From IMG/VR virus record IMGVR_UViG_3300050011_000164, positions 20,730-84,729 of that record: DNA of 64,000 nt, one strand, 5' to 3'. The position numbers and the translations under genes were made by a program. Position 1 is the first letter of the stretch, and each line of letters opens with the position of its first letter. The stretch is from a virus. The notes beneath the pieces were generated by a model that saw only the letters and a list, made by a program, of their open reading frames with translations, was not told the DNA's origin and made no database searches. Below, one piece after another: positions 37,687 to 47,851 of the stretch.

Positions 37687-38004
37687 TTAGAACTCGATAT
37701 CGTCAAAAGCACCCATAAAACCCATAGGGTCGTTTTTAGGGGCGGCGGCGATTGACTCTCCATTGTCTACCTCATCGCCAACTAGCTTTATGATACTGTT
37801 TCCTTTTACTTTCCAAAAATCCCGAGTGCTCGGTGATTCATATATATTGCCAGCTACTCGTTCCAGTCCCATGCTGGCGATCTTTTGCTTGAGGGCGGGA
37901 GGTATGGGGGTGCTGGAAATGAAGTGGTTGACCGTGAAAACGCTGGAATCAGCGGACTTTTGAGCCCCCAACCCAAAACTTGACACCGCACGAAGCTTGC
38001 CCAT
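37687..38004 (-). CDS. Hypothetical late protein (first gene of large late operon)
   Basis: GAGGT RBS; KSAD, KIAS and RVAG motifs; late-type motif upstream. Confidence 0.7.
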   Translation of the reverse strand: MGKLRAVSSFGLGAQKSADSSVFTVNHFISSTPIPPALKQKIASMGLERVAGNIYESPSTRDFWKVKGNSIIKLVGDEVDNGESIAAAPKNDPMGFMGAFDDIEF

Positions 38005-38017
38005 AGTGATAGACCTC

Positions 38018-38100
38018 TCTGAGAGAAGCGTTTGGTAGTTGAAAAATGGGGAAGAAAACGGCTTTTCTGATATTCACTGACTTTCAGGTGTCTTAGATAG
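38018..38100. promoter_or_regulatory. Divergent pair of putative late promoters
   Basis: ACTACCAAACGCTTCTCTCAG (-) and ACTTTCAGGTGTCTTAGATAG (+). Confidence 0.5.
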
Positions 38101-38110
38101 GAGCGCCAAA

Positions 38111-38989
38111 ATGCAAACCGTAAATAATCTCATCCTCAACACGAATGTCGCCGCAGCAGACGGGGCGTGGCGTAACGTTTCGAACTTCGTGGCATCCTCA
38201 ATTCAAATCATCGCACGGGACTCCTCGGGCATTTCGACCGCGTTGACAGGCACTATCACCATCGAAGTCAGCAACGATCCCAACGTCAACATCGACAACC
38301 TTGCCACTCAAATTGCCGCTCCTTCGGCTCCAGTTCTAACCGCATTTACCCCCACGAGTGCTGGACACGCGCAATCCCCTAACGCTGGCGGCGGCGATCA
38401 GCCATTCACCTACCCCGCAGCCACTTATGGAGTGAAGCTGACCTACGTCACCCTTCAGGGTGAGACGGTCGGCAGCGCAGCTACTTCGCTTGCGGTCGCC
38501 GCAGGTAAAACCATTTCGGTCGCAGGTCCGGGTCCCGATGGGGCGGGGTCACCACCTACTCCTTCTTATGCCATAGGCTACAACGTGTACGTCAGCGTCA
38601 ACGGCGGACCATATATCCTTCAGAATCCACCATTTAACTCTGGTCAGACATTCGGCAACCTCGCCGTAGCCAATGGCCCTATCAGTGTTAATCAGGCGTT
38701 CATACTGTACGCATGGCAGAACAATTTGATTCAACCCCCAGTCGCCAACACCACGGGCACCCCGAACATCGGGGCAAACATCAGCGGGAACCTCAACGCG
38801 GCTGCGGTCGCGGGGGTAGACAACGAAGCGGCGGTCAGCTACGACACCGCCACTGGGTTATGGTCGGCGGCTGCCACGATGGTAATGTGGTCACCGTCTT
38901 GTCTATATTTTAATTGGGTGCGTGCTCGCGTGAGTGGTCAGACAGCGGGGCACGTCCTACAAGCTTACCTTTTTGGTCAAAATGGATAG
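38111..38989 (+). CDS. Probable virion structural/decoration protein
   Basis: Thr/Gly/Ala/Asn-rich; TYVT..GET and GYNVYVS motifs typical of phage structural beta proteins; GGAG RBS. Confidence 0.65.
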   Translation: MQTVNNLILNTNVAAADGAWRNVSNFVASSIQIIARDSSGISTALTGTITIEVSNDPNVNIDNLATQIAAPSAPVLTAFTPTSAGHAQSPNAGGGDQPFTYPAATYGVKLTYVTLQGETVGSAATSLAVAAGKTISVAGPGPDGAGSPPTPSYAIGYNVYVSVNGGPYILQNPPFNSGQTFGNLAVANGPISVNQAFILYAWQNNLIQPPVANTTGTPNIGANISGNLNAAAVAGVDNEAAVSYDTATGLWSAAATMVMWSPSCLYFNWVRARVSGQTAGHVLQAYLFGQNG

Positions 38990-39055
38990 CCTATCTCCTA
39001 AATAACTGAAAATAAAGAAGTTGTTCCTATACAAAACGTCATTCTCATTGGTATA

Positions 39056-39556
39056 ATGGGAATGCATCCAATTACCTACGAGGGGCGTCTAAATCCCATG
39101 GACAAAGAACCCGATGAGAAACAGCTTCTAGCCAACATCGCCAAGGCTGCTCAAGAGCGACAGTTGAAGAGGGTTGCTGGTGCGCCTGAGGTGGGCATTT
39201 TTTGGGTTGTGAATGACAAACCTGTGATTGATGGTATGCCGCTGAACGAGGCGGAAGATTACGGAGGGTTCAAAACCCATGGTCGAAGCCACGATCAAAT
39301 GTGGCCCGTATTCCAGCGAAATGATATCGTTCCGCGTGATGTGGAATATGACGAGGTTCCGCGTGGGCGGGTGGTTTACAGTACCAAGACTCGCAGCTTT
39401 ACTTTCTTTGCCGACCGCTGCATTCTGAAAAATAAATCCCTGACCAACAGAATCAAAGAAAGTATGCACCTGCCGAACACGGTGAAGAACCTCACGGACT
39501 CCCATTACCGCTGCTCTGGGTGCATTGATGCCGCCCTATTCGGCGACGAAGAATAA
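39056..39556 (+). CDS. Hypothetical protein (true start probably slightly downstream)
   Basis: Early-type promoter upstream; KRVAG precedes a VGIFW...PRGRVVY...D.HY domain. Confidence 0.65.
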   Translation: MGMHPITYEGRLNPMDKEPDEKQLLANIAKAAQERQLKRVAGAPEVGIFWVVNDKPVIDGMPLNEAEDYGGFKTHGRSHDQMWPVFQRNDIVPRDVEYDEVPRGRVVYSTKTRSFTFFADRCILKNKSLTNRIKESMHLPNTVKNLTDSHYRCSGCIDAALFGDEE

Positions 39557-39581
39557 CCCAGACTACCAAAGTCTTTTATAG

Positions 39582-39704
39582 TTCCCGCCGCCTATGTAAC
39601 CCGGCTCTTGCTGGGTTTGCGGGCATGGCCGCTCGCTGGGACTGTCATGACAGTTTTGGCACCTTGCACGGGCTGCGGCTGGCGGGCATTAAGTCGCAGC
39701 CTTT
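39582..39704 (+). ncRNA. Candidate structured RNA behind a late-type promoter
   Basis: Hairpins AACCCGGC/GCTGGGTT and GCGGGC/GCTCGC, palindrome ACTGTCATGACAGT, terminal GGCTGCGGCT/AGTCGCAGCC + TTTT. Confidence 0.4.
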
Positions 39705-40441
39705 TATCCTCTGATTGAGTCGTTATAGTCGTTCACCGCTTTCAGTATGTTCGCTTCGGGGTTCTCGCTGATGACGGCTCGCAAATCCTTCGGTAAACAC
39801 TTGCCCCCGAAGCCGCGCTCCTCAGTTACCATGGTATGGCTACGCCCGATACGCTTGTCCAACAACCATAGTTCTCGCAATTCATTGTAATCCACACCGT
39901 AGCGGAGAGCTATGTCATGAAACTGATTGCAGAATGCTACTTTGGTGGAAAGGTAGCAGTTGAGCATGTACTTGGACAACTCGGCTGTTGTGGGGTCGGT
40001 GGTCATATACTTGGTGTTTGCCCCCAGTACCGTTTGAAACACGCTGATGACCAATTGGCAGACAGTGAATTCCCCACCCACAATTACAAAATCATTCTCA
40101 AACTTATCCCACGTAGTTTCCCGCAGGTGTTCAGGGCAGAATGCTAAGCGCGGTTGCTTCGAGGACAGCTTGTGGGTTGTGCCCGGCGGTACCGTGGAGC
40201 GAATGCAAGTAGGTGCGGTGATCCAACTCACGCACTCCTCTACCGCCGAGGTATCGCAGGAATAGCCATCGGTACCAGTCGGGGTGCTCACTGATATGAA
40301 CGCCAAATCGCAGCCATTGATGGAGGCTTTGGTGTTGCATTCCTGAAATTTATCGTAGACCAAGATTTCAAACTTCGGGCTGAACAGCTTCTTCATCGAC
40401 TGCCCCACAACTCCGAGACCAACTATGCCTATCTTCATCAT
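39704..40441 (-). CDS. UDP-glucose/GDP-mannose dehydrogenase family, short form
   Basis: GIVGLGVVG, SVSTP, IRSTVPPG, PEHLRE, AELSKY..N, GFGGKCLPKD. Confidence 0.85.
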   Translation of the reverse strand: MMKIGIVGLGVVGQSMKKLFSPKFEILVYDKFQECNTKASINGCDLAFISVSTPTGTDGYSCDTSAVEECVSWITAPTCIRSTVPPGTTHKLSSKQPRLAFCPEHLRETTWDKFENDFVIVGGEFTVCQLVISVFQTVLGANTKYMTTDPTTAELSKYMLNCYLSTKVAFCNQFHDIALRYGVDYNELRELWLLDKRIGRSHTMVTEERGFGGKCLPKDLRAVISENPEANILKAVNDYNDSIRG

Positions 40442-40455
40442 GCCATCCCCTTTGT

Positions 40456-42741
40456 TTATCCTATCTTTCTTCGATTGTCCGCGTTCCTATTGCGATACAA
40501 GGCCCCCTGACTTGGTTTCACATGCCCCGTAAGAGCCTTCGAAGCCGCCGTCTGTATCTGTGGGTTCGGTTGAGGGGGAGGAGTGGGGGCTTGTTGCGAC
40601 GAAGATGCGCGTATATCGGAGCCGATGTGGGCTGGACCTGAGGTTTCAGATTGTCGAAACTGCCAGCCATGTGCGATGCATACACTACAAGCCGAGACGT
40701 TGTGACGATTACACCGCGCCACTTTTGGATCAGGCAGAGGTTGTGGTTGCGGAGGTTGTAGTGGAAGCGGTGGAGAAGGTTCGGTTGGCAAATTAAGGAC
40801 TGGCGCTATCAACTTATGCCAGATAAGAACAGCTTGAGTGGATGGTAGTGCTGTTATGACAGTAAAGTCAGTCCCGGACGGCACACGGAATGGGTGCCAA
40901 TAAAAATCAGGCAGTATCGTGCGGAGGATGCCCGCATCCGCCATGACCTGACCAACCCAACGGTCGTCCGCGAAATCGTTGTTCAACGGAGTATCCACAA
41001 GTATCTGTATTGCTTTCTTCGAGAACCAAACCGCACCGCCTGTGATGTAGTGATGCGGCCATGTTCCTTTCTTGTAGTGGGGGAACCCCAAATCAGGTCT
41101 ACCCCAGTCATTCGCATCACAGTGATTTCCCGCGTAATCAGCGTCCACGTGATGGATATGACTCACTTGAATGTAGGTGTCATCGTCAACCTTGAGCATC
41201 TCATCATACTGATGCTCTTGAGCCCACTTAAAGATAGCTTTGGCTTTGAGTGGAAGATGAATATAGTCGTCAGGAACCCCCAGACGTTCCCCATCAAAGA
41301 ACTCAACATCGTACCCAGCCGCCTGAGCGAGGGGAACCCATGTATCGCGGAGAGCCTGTTGACGGGCGGCGTACTTCTTACACGTGACGATGGCTATGAG
41401 AACCCTCGGTAAGCTCGTAAAAAATTCTGGCGGAATTTCATTTAAGCTCGTTTCGGGAATATCCTTGGTTCCCATAGCGGAAGATGAAGTGCAGGTATTC
41501 TTGTTGTGCGCTCGAATAACCATGAGCTTTTCAGCGTTTACTCCTACGAGTTGTCCCACTCTAGACGCCCCATAGCCCAAGTTGGTGTCTTCCCCAACCA
41601 TAATGTCGTCAAACTTATGGCTCTCCCACCATGTTTTGCGGTAGCAAAACGTTGCCCCATGAGGAGAGACACAGTAAACTGGATGATAGCGATAAATCTT
41701 GTGAGTAGACATGTTCCAGTACAGCATATTGTGGTATGTCATCACTTGCTTCCCGCTGCGCTCTAGTTTAGAGACTTGATCCGTGATTCGACTCGGTGCT
41801 GACCAATCGTCGTCATCAAAATGAATGATAAACTCTCCCTGAGCCTGTTCACAGCAAATATTACGTTTCGCCCCCGTTGTTCGTCTGGGTCCTTCTAGAC
41901 GAATGTATCTAATCCGGGGATTGTATGGAATGAGGTCCGCTACGTTGTCTGTGCCGTCGTCAAGAATTATCAGTTCTGAATCCGTGAACGTTTGCGATAG
42001 GAAGCACGCGATCATTGACGGCAGGTAGCGCCTGCGGTTATATGTTGGGCAAATGACAGTTACCTTCACCTTCAGCGGTAGTGGCAGGCTCAAAGGAAAC
42101 TCGGCGGGAAGTTCCCGCAGGTCCACCTGTGGAATACCCACAGTTCCCATAGACAGGGCGGTAACGCAATGGTTACTGCTGTGCGCTCTGACGACCATGA
42201 ATTTCTCAGCGTCTACGCCCACGTACTGTTCCGCCCTTTCCGCTGCATAACCAAACTCGGTATCTTCAAGGCAATTATCGTCAAATTTGTGCTGCGCCCA
42301 CCACGCTTTCCGATAACAAAACGATGCACCGTGAGGAGTTCCCCTAAAGGTGGGGTGGAAGAGGTAAAGTCGGCGGGTATCGACATTCCAATACAAAATG
42401 TTGTAGTAAGTCAACACCTGCTTCTGGGTGCGTTCTAACTCTGAAATCTGATGTGCGATTCGACCCGGTGCTGACCAGTCGTCATCGTCAAAATGAACTA
42501 TAAACTCCCCTTGAGCATGTTCACAACAAATGTTACGTTTTACGCCTGTGGACAATCCCGGTCCTTCGAGTCTGATGTATTTAATCCGAGGATTGTCAGG
42601 GATGAGGTCTACTATGCTATCGGTACCATCGTCAAGGATTATCAGTTCTGAATCCGTAAACGTCTGAGACAGAAAGCTCGCAATCGTTTGGGGGATGTAC
42701 TGCCTGCGGTTGTGTGTTGGGCAAATGACGGTCACTTTCAC
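40456..42741 (-). CDS. Three-domain glycosyltransferase: two GT2 domains plus a GT31/fringe-like domain
   Basis: [11 protein letters not shown]...ILDDG...HFDDDDWS twice; third domain RDTW...DDY..LPLK...KVDDDTYI...GG...DDRWVG. Confidence 0.88.
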   Translation of the reverse strand: MKVTVICPTHNRRQYIPQTIASFLSQTFTDSELIILDDGTDSIVDLIPDNPRIKYIRLEGPGLSTGVKRNICCEHAQGEFIVHFDDDDWSAPGRIAHQISELERTQKQVLTYYNILYWNVDTRRLYLFHPTFRGTPHGASFCYRKAWWAQHKFDDNCLEDTEFGYAAERAEQYVGVDAEKFMVVRAHSSNHCVTALSMGTVGIPQVDLRELPAEFPLSLPLPLKVKVTVICPTYNRRRYLPSMIACFLSQTFTDSELIILDDGTDNVADLIPYNPRIRYIRLEGPRRTTGAKRNICCEQAQGEFIIHFDDDDWSAPSRITDQVSKLERSGKQVMTYHNMLYWNMSTHKIYRYHPVYCVSPHGATFCYRKTWWESHKFDDIMVGEDTNLGYGASRVGQLVGVNAEKLMVIRAHNKNTCTSSSAMGTKDIPETSLNEIPPEFFTSLPRVLIAIVTCKKYAARQQALRDTWVPLAQAAGYDVEFFDGERLGVPDDYIHLPLKAKAIFKWAQEHQYDEMLKVDDDTYIQVSHIHHVDADYAGNHCDANDWGRPDLGFPHYKKGTWPHHYITGGAVWFSKKAIQILVDTPLNNDFADDRWVGQVMADAGILRTILPDFYWHPFRVPSGTDFTVITALPSTQAVLIWHKLIAPVLNLPTEPSPPLPLQPPQPQPLPDPKVARCNRHNVSACSVCIAHGWQFRQSETSGPAHIGSDIRASSSQQAPTPPPQPNPQIQTAASKALTGHVKPSQGALYRNRNADNRRKIG

Positions 42742-43589
42742 AAGTTTTCCTCGATGATCTTCCCCAGTGGATTCGGTTGACAATAAGTAGCGATTGTGCG
42801 ATTGAAGTTGTCATCGATTGCCGCAGCCTTCTCCTGATACGTGTCGGGAGTGATGGACTGCAATACTCGAATAAGGTCGTCATAGGTTTCGAACCGAAGA
42901 ACCCCATCCATATTGAAGTATTCTTCTAAGTTCGGACATCCCCAATAGATCGGGATCGTTTTGCTTATGAAGCAGTCGAATACCTTTTCGGTCATCCAGT
43001 TGTTATACTGGCAGTTTTCCACAGCGATGTGGTACCTGAAATCCGTGAAAAAATGCCCTCTCGCATCTTCGTCTATCCGTGGCGGTGAGCGATGTTTATG
43101 GATAGGCAATAATCCAACAGACTCGGGGAGTCGGGAAAATATCTCTTGCCTCAACATGTGTCCTGAGAGCGCGTTCATGTGGCTAGTTAAGAACGAGGCC
43201 GAAAACACTTTTGCCGAGTTCAGAGGGCAGACGTAACGCGGTTCGGGCGTAGTATACCATCCCACGTGCGAAGGTATCACAAAATCATTGCCCAGAATGC
43301 TGAGGTACGGTCCCGAGTGCAAATACTTAACGGCGTTGGGACACGCTTGGAGGATGCTCTCCCTCCACGTTAGGATCAAATCATAGAATTTATGGTTGTC
43401 GATAACCTTTTGAACCAAATCTTGGTCCGTTGGATAAGGCTCGTGGTCGTGGAATACCCGATAAGGCGAACGGTCTTCCAAGTCCACATCAGATCGGATG
43501 GATATCCCTTCTTTGCCGCCGATAGAGTGCAATATCATTGGGGGTCCATATCCTGTGTTAACCTCGGAGTTTTGATTTGTCCATGTCAT
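42738..43589 (-). CDS. GT10-like (alpha-1,3/4-fucosyltransferase family) glycosyltransferase
   Basis: FRYHIAVEN....[10 protein letters not shown]...TIPIYWG. Confidence 0.8.
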   Translation of the reverse strand: MTWTNQNSEVNTGYGPPMILHSIGGKEGISIRSDVDLEDRSPYRVFHDHEPYPTDQDLVQKVIDNHKFYDLILTWRESILQACPNAVKYLHSGPYLSILGNDFVIPSHVGWYTTPEPRYVCPLNSAKVFSASFLTSHMNALSGHMLRQEIFSRLPESVGLLPIHKHRSPPRIDEDARGHFFTDFRYHIAVENCQYNNWMTEKVFDCFISKTIPIYWGCPNLEEYFNMDGVLRFETYDDLIRVLQSITPDTYQEKAAAIDDNFNRTIATYCQPNPLGKIIEENL

Positions 43590-44553
43590 TGCAGGTCTCC
43601 CCCGCCCCTACAGTCTGAAGATCATAGTCAACCATCATCTCTACCAGTTCCTTAAACCTAGTCTTTGCTTCCCACCCGAGAACACGCTTAGCCTTTGAAG
43701 CGTCTCCGAGGAGAATGTCCACCTCAGTTGGTCGGTAGTATTTGGGGTCTACCCTGACATACTTTGTCCAGTCCATTTCAAGGCGGCCAAATGCTACATC
43801 CAGAAGCTCACGTATGGTGTGAGTCTCACCCGTAGCGATTACGAAATCGTCTGGTTCTGGCTGTTGCACCATGAGCCACATCGCCTCTACATATTCCTTG
43901 GCGTACCCCCAATCTCGCTTGGCGTCCAGATTTCCGAGCAGCAACTCATTTTGTTGCCCTAGCTTGATCTTTGCTGCCGCCATGGTGACTTTGCGCGACA
44001 CAAAGGTTTCACCTCTACGGGGGGATTCATGGTTAAACAGTATGCCGTTACAGGCGAATGTGCCCATCTCGCGATAGTTCACTGTCGTCCAGAATGCGAA
44101 CTGTTTAGCCACACCGTAGGGACTTCGAGGATAAAACGGTGTATCCTCGTTTTGTGGAATCTCCTGCACTTTCCCGAAAAGCTCACTAGACGATGCTTGG
44201 TAAAACTTTGCCTCTGGGCATTGTGCTTTGATCGCTTCGAGAAGCCTGAGAGTCCCGATGGCATCTACATCAGCCGTATATTCAGGAACTTCAAAGCTAA
44301 CGCGCACATGGCTCTGCGCTCCCAAATTGTAAACTTCGTCTGGTTTTACTTCTCCTATGATACGGCTTAGGGAGCTTCCATCTGTCAGGTCACTGTAGAA
44401 GAAATGCATTCTATCGATGATATGGTCTATCCTCCCCGTGTTAAAACTGCTGGACCTTCGAATGGTTCCGTACACATCGTATCCCTTGTCCAAAAGCAGT
44501 TCAGCGAGATAGGAGCCATCCTGACCCGTGACCCCCGTTATGAGTGCTTTCAT
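43558..44553 (-). CDS. gmd: GDP-mannose 4,6-dehydratase
   Basis: [57 protein letters not shown]. Confidence 0.97.
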   Translation of the reverse strand: MKALITGVTGQDGSYLAELLLDKGYDVYGTIRRSSSFNTGRIDHIIDRMHFFYSDLTDGSSLSRIIGEVKPDEVYNLGAQSHVRVSFEVPEYTADVDAIGTLRLLEAIKAQCPEAKFYQASSSELFGKVQEIPQNEDTPFYPRSPYGVAKQFAFWTTVNYREMGTFACNGILFNHESPRRGETFVSRKVTMAAAKIKLGQQNELLLGNLDAKRDWGYAKEYVEAMWLMVQQPEPDDFVIATGETHTIRELLDVAFGRLEMDWTKYVRVDPKYYRPTEVDILLGDASKAKRVLGWEAKTRFKELVEMMVDYDLQTVGAGETCNDMDKSKLRG

Positions 44554-45731
44554 CTCGATGCCCCTTCGAAGTAGCTGGCAAAAACGTCTGTAACAAATCT
44601 CATATCCTCATGCGTGAGTCCTTGGTGCATACCGATGAAGAACCCTTGCTTCTCAAGCAAGCAGGCCACGGGGTACTCCAAATACAAATTCGGAAACAGC
44701 TTATGGTACACGGGCTGGCTGAGGAGCGGAAACATGTAGCGTGTCTCGATGCCGTTTTTCTCCAGATGCAGCAGTAAAGCCTCTCTATCCACCCCGGGTT
44801 TGGCAACCATGGGGTACATCATAAAAGAGTGATCGTATCCCGTGGGAATAACTGGAAATTGTAAGTAATTCTCAAATTTTGAAAGCATGATCGTCAACGC
44901 AGCGGCGTTGTTTCTACGGTTCGCTAAATTGCCTTCCCAACGTTCTAATTCCGATAAAGCAATCGCCGCTTCGATCTCTGTGCAGCGGTATGAGTATCCC
45001 ACACGGTCGAAGCTGTATCGACGTTTGATTAGGCGCTCCAATTCTTTGTCGCCCACGTTATCGTCGTCGTCGATGCTGAGATAGATGTTGTCCCGACCGT
45101 GCGCCAAAAGACTGCGGCACATTTCGGCATTTTCGGGATCGTTCGTAATGACCAACCCCCCAACACCGCCAACAATAAGGTGTGCCACATACGTAGAGAA
45201 GCACGCCATGTCACCGAAGCTGCCGACTGATTTTCCTTCAATTCCAGCAAACATCGTTTCGCAGGAATCTTCAATCACTTGAAGGTTGTGGTCCTGCGCT
45301 ATTTCCATGATCGCTGGCATCTCCGCTGGGAGACCGAAAAGGTGAACTGGAATGATTGCTCGCGTTTTGCTTGTAATTTTTCCTAGAATCTCTTCGGGGT
45401 TCATGTTGAACGTGTTTGGATCGACATCCACGAACACGGGCTTTAGGTTGTTCTGGATCACGATGTTGGACGTGGCAATAAAGGTGATCGCTGGAACCAA
45501 AACCTCATCTCCGTCTTGGTACTTGTAGCGTTCCTTAAGGGTGGCGAGGGCGATCTGAAGGGCGCTGGTACCGCTGTTGCAGAACACACCGTGTTTGGCT
45601 CCATGAAGTTCGGAAAACTGCCTTTCAAGTTGCGCTGTGTACTTCCCCCGAGAGAGACGATTGTTGTCCAAACAGTCGTTGACGTACTTCTTGCCCTGTT
45701 CGCTGATCTGTAAATGCCCCAGTGCTACCAT
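44550..45731 (-). CDS. DegT/DnrJ/EryC1/StrS PLP-dependent sugar enzyme; His replaces the usual Lys (STYVAH), as in ColD/E1-type dehydrases
   Basis: [36 protein letters not shown]. Confidence 0.85.
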   Translation of the reverse strand: MVALGHLQISEQGKKYVNDCLDNNRLSRGKYTAQLERQFSELHGAKHGVFCNSGTSALQIALATLKERYKYQDGDEVLVPAITFIATSNIVIQNNLKPVFVDVDPNTFNMNPEEILGKITSKTRAIIPVHLFGLPAEMPAIMEIAQDHNLQVIEDSCETMFAGIEGKSVGSFGDMACFSTYVAHLIVGGVGGLVITNDPENAEMCRSLLAHGRDNIYLSIDDDDNVGDKELERLIKRRYSFDRVGYSYRCTEIEAAIALSELERWEGNLANRRNNAAALTIMLSKFENYLQFPVIPTGYDHSFMMYPMVAKPGVDREALLLHLEKNGIETRYMFPLLSQPVYHKLFPNLYLEYPVACLLEKQGFFIGMHQGLTHEDMRFVTDVFASYFEGASR

Positions 45732-46282
45732 TTCTCCCCCATGTAAATCGCCACGGTCTTTGCATTGCGGTCACGCTCCGATAAAAGCGGGTCTTTTATT
45801 GGCCAATCCACACCCACATCTGGGTCGTCCCAGCGCACACCGTCATCTCCCTTGGCGTCGAAATACCCCGTGCATTTGTATCGCACTTCCGTATTGTCCG
45901 AGAGAGCACAAAAGCCACGGGCAAACATAGCGGGTGCCCACACCTGCACTCGGTTATCCGCAGAAGCCTCTACACTCACCCATTGCAGGAATGTGGGAGA
46001 ATCAGGGCGAAAATCAACGGTTACCAGAAGCGCCGTTCCCGACGTGACCCTCATCAGTTTGCCCATAGGCGGGTCAATCTGAAAATGCAGGCCCCGAATG
46101 ACATTTTTTGCCGAACGGGAATGGTTGTCTTGCACGAATTCGGTGGGCAACCCCAAACTCTGAAAGTCATCCTTGCGAAATTCTATGGAGAAGAATCCCC
46201 TATCGTCAGCGAATGTTTTAGCGGGCGATATCACCTTCACCTCTCCACCGAAATGCTCCGCGTCTATTTTGAACATGTTCAT
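45725..46282 (-). CDS. rmlC: dTDP-4-dehydrorhamnose 3,5-epimerase
   Basis: DDRGFF, VQDNHSRS...IRGLHFQ, FARGF, YKC...WDDP. Confidence 0.92.
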   Translation of the reverse strand: MNMFKIDAEHFGGEVKVISPAKTFADDRGFFSIEFRKDDFQSLGLPTEFVQDNHSRSAKNVIRGLHFQIDPPMGKLMRVTSGTALLVTVDFRPDSPTFLQWVSVEASADNRVQVWAPAMFARGFCALSDNTEVRYKCTGYFDAKGDDGVRWDDPDVGVDWPIKDPLLSERDRNAKTVAIYMGEKW

Positions 46283-47337
46283 TGCAGGTCTACCCCGTAT
46301 TTCCAGTTGAATTCCTCGCGATGCAATTCACGTCGGTATAAATCGCGTTGCCAATCAACGGTGCGTTTGAGCCCATCTTCAAGGCTTACATAGTCGTTCT
46401 TCCCAAATTCGGTCTCTATGCGAGACATATCCAAGCACAGGGTTTCTGGGGCACCAACCATCTCCTCAGCTACGGGGGATGTGACTTCAGTCCCCGTAAT
46501 CCTACCTATGCATTCAGCCATGTCCACGGTTCGGACAAGCTGCGTGGCCCCCACGTTATACACGGGTTGAGTGCCGTACAGAGCCACTTGCCACAGCATT
46601 CTCACTGCGTCTCGAATGTAGCAGTAGGTGCGAGACTCTTTACCAGCAAATTCCATTTCAATCTTGCCCAACGTCAGGGCCTTCTCTATGAGAGTGTTCA
46701 TCGCTCGTTTGTCGTGCTTACGTGTGCCCGGGCCGTAGGCCAGAGAAAGTCTAGCGGAAACAGCATGGACTCCAGTTTTGCGGTACGCATCGGTGATCGC
46801 CTCTCCACACCGTTTGCCCTCTATGTAACAAGCTCGTGGATGATAGGGCGTTGTCGTCCCGATGTCGGTTTCCTGCGCCGTGGTCTTCTTAAGGCCGCTA
46901 TATACTTCACTAGAACTCACAAACAAGAATTTCCCTCCGGGCCAAAGGGTTCTCAGTAACTCTTGAGTGACCACTGTGTTTAGCCTTATGGTTTCCGCAG
47001 GGTTGGATGTAAACCGAGAGGGCTGAGCGTACCCGGCAGCGTGGATCACGACATCCGCACCCTTGGGAATTTCATTCAGAAGCAGAATGTTACCCCGTCG
47101 CGCAATATCCAAAGTGTGTTCGGCGGGGGTCGAATGGTGTTCGGCAAAAACACCAATGTGCATCCCCTTTTCTTTCAGCAAGCAGAGAGAGGCGAGAAAG
47201 TGCGTGCCCACTAATCCCGTAGCGCCTGTGATAAACACCGTTGCCCCCTCCAACGGGGAGAAGTCAACGGCCCCTATGACTCTAGCGGCGTCGTCGAAAA
47301 TGATCTCTGAATTATTTCTCACTGTAAGCGTCTCCAT
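46279..47337 (-). CDS. NAD-dependent epimerase/dehydratase (extended SDR)
   Basis: TGATGLVG, HAAG, SSSEVY, YIEGK (YxxxK). Confidence 0.88.
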   Translation of the reverse strand: METLTVRNNSEIIFDDAARVIGAVDFSPLEGATVFITGATGLVGTHFLASLCLLKEKGMHIGVFAEHHSTPAEHTLDIARRGNILLLNEIPKGADVVIHAAGYAQPSRFTSNPAETIRLNTVVTQELLRTLWPGGKFLFVSSSEVYSGLKKTTAQETDIGTTTPYHPRACYIEGKRCGEAITDAYRKTGVHAVSARLSLAYGPGTRKHDKRAMNTLIEKALTLGKIEMEFAGKESRTYCYIRDAVRMLWQVALYGTQPVYNVGATQLVRTVDMAECIGRITGTEVTSPVAEEMVGAPETLCLDMSRIETEFGKNDYVSLEDGLKRTVDWQRDLYRRELHREEFNWKYGVDLQ

Positions 47338-47851
47338 ACTCTACGACAATTGTGCTCTTGCCGTCTGTTCTTTCCAGCGCCTTCTTGTACGCTGGAAATA
47401 TGTCCTCGGGCTCTTCTAATCTGATTACCTCTATGTTTTCGCACATGAGTCGAAAAGCTTCTGTGAAATCCCCGAGGTGCTGGCATTGAGGACTCAGCGG
47501 GCGTTCGGACCCGATGCCCACACGAATGATGACCTTGGGCTGATAGCCCCCGTTGGACATCTTCTTCAGCTTATCCAGATGGTTTACCACCTGATTTACC
47601 GCCAGCAAGAGGAAGTTCCACCGAGGGTACACGGTAACAGGGATAGCGCCGTTTAACGCCAGTCCAACGGTCATCCCCATCTGCATTTCTTCGGTAACAG
47701 GAAGCTCAATCCGTCTGTTGAGGTCAATATTTTGCAGTGTTGTGGTCATAGAAGTGCCTTTTACGGCGACGGCTTGTCCTAGAAAAACCACACGTTCATC
47801 CTGAGCTAAGTATTCCATTGAACGACACAACTCATCAAAATAGCGACCCAT
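47312..47851 (-). CDS. Transketolase/E1-beta pyrimidine-binding subunit
   Basis: VFLGQAV, IELPVTEEMQMG...GLAL.G, NQVVN, QH.GDF. Confidence 0.82.
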   Translation of the reverse strand: MGRYFDELCRSMEYLAQDERVVFLGQAVAVKGTSMTTTLQNIDLNRRIELPVTEEMQMGMTVGLALNGAIPVTVYPRWNFLLLAVNQVVNHLDKLKKMSNGGYQPKVIIRVGIGSERPLSPQCQHLGDFTEAFRLMCENIEVIRLEEPEDIFPAYKKALERTDGKSTIVVEYGDAYSEK

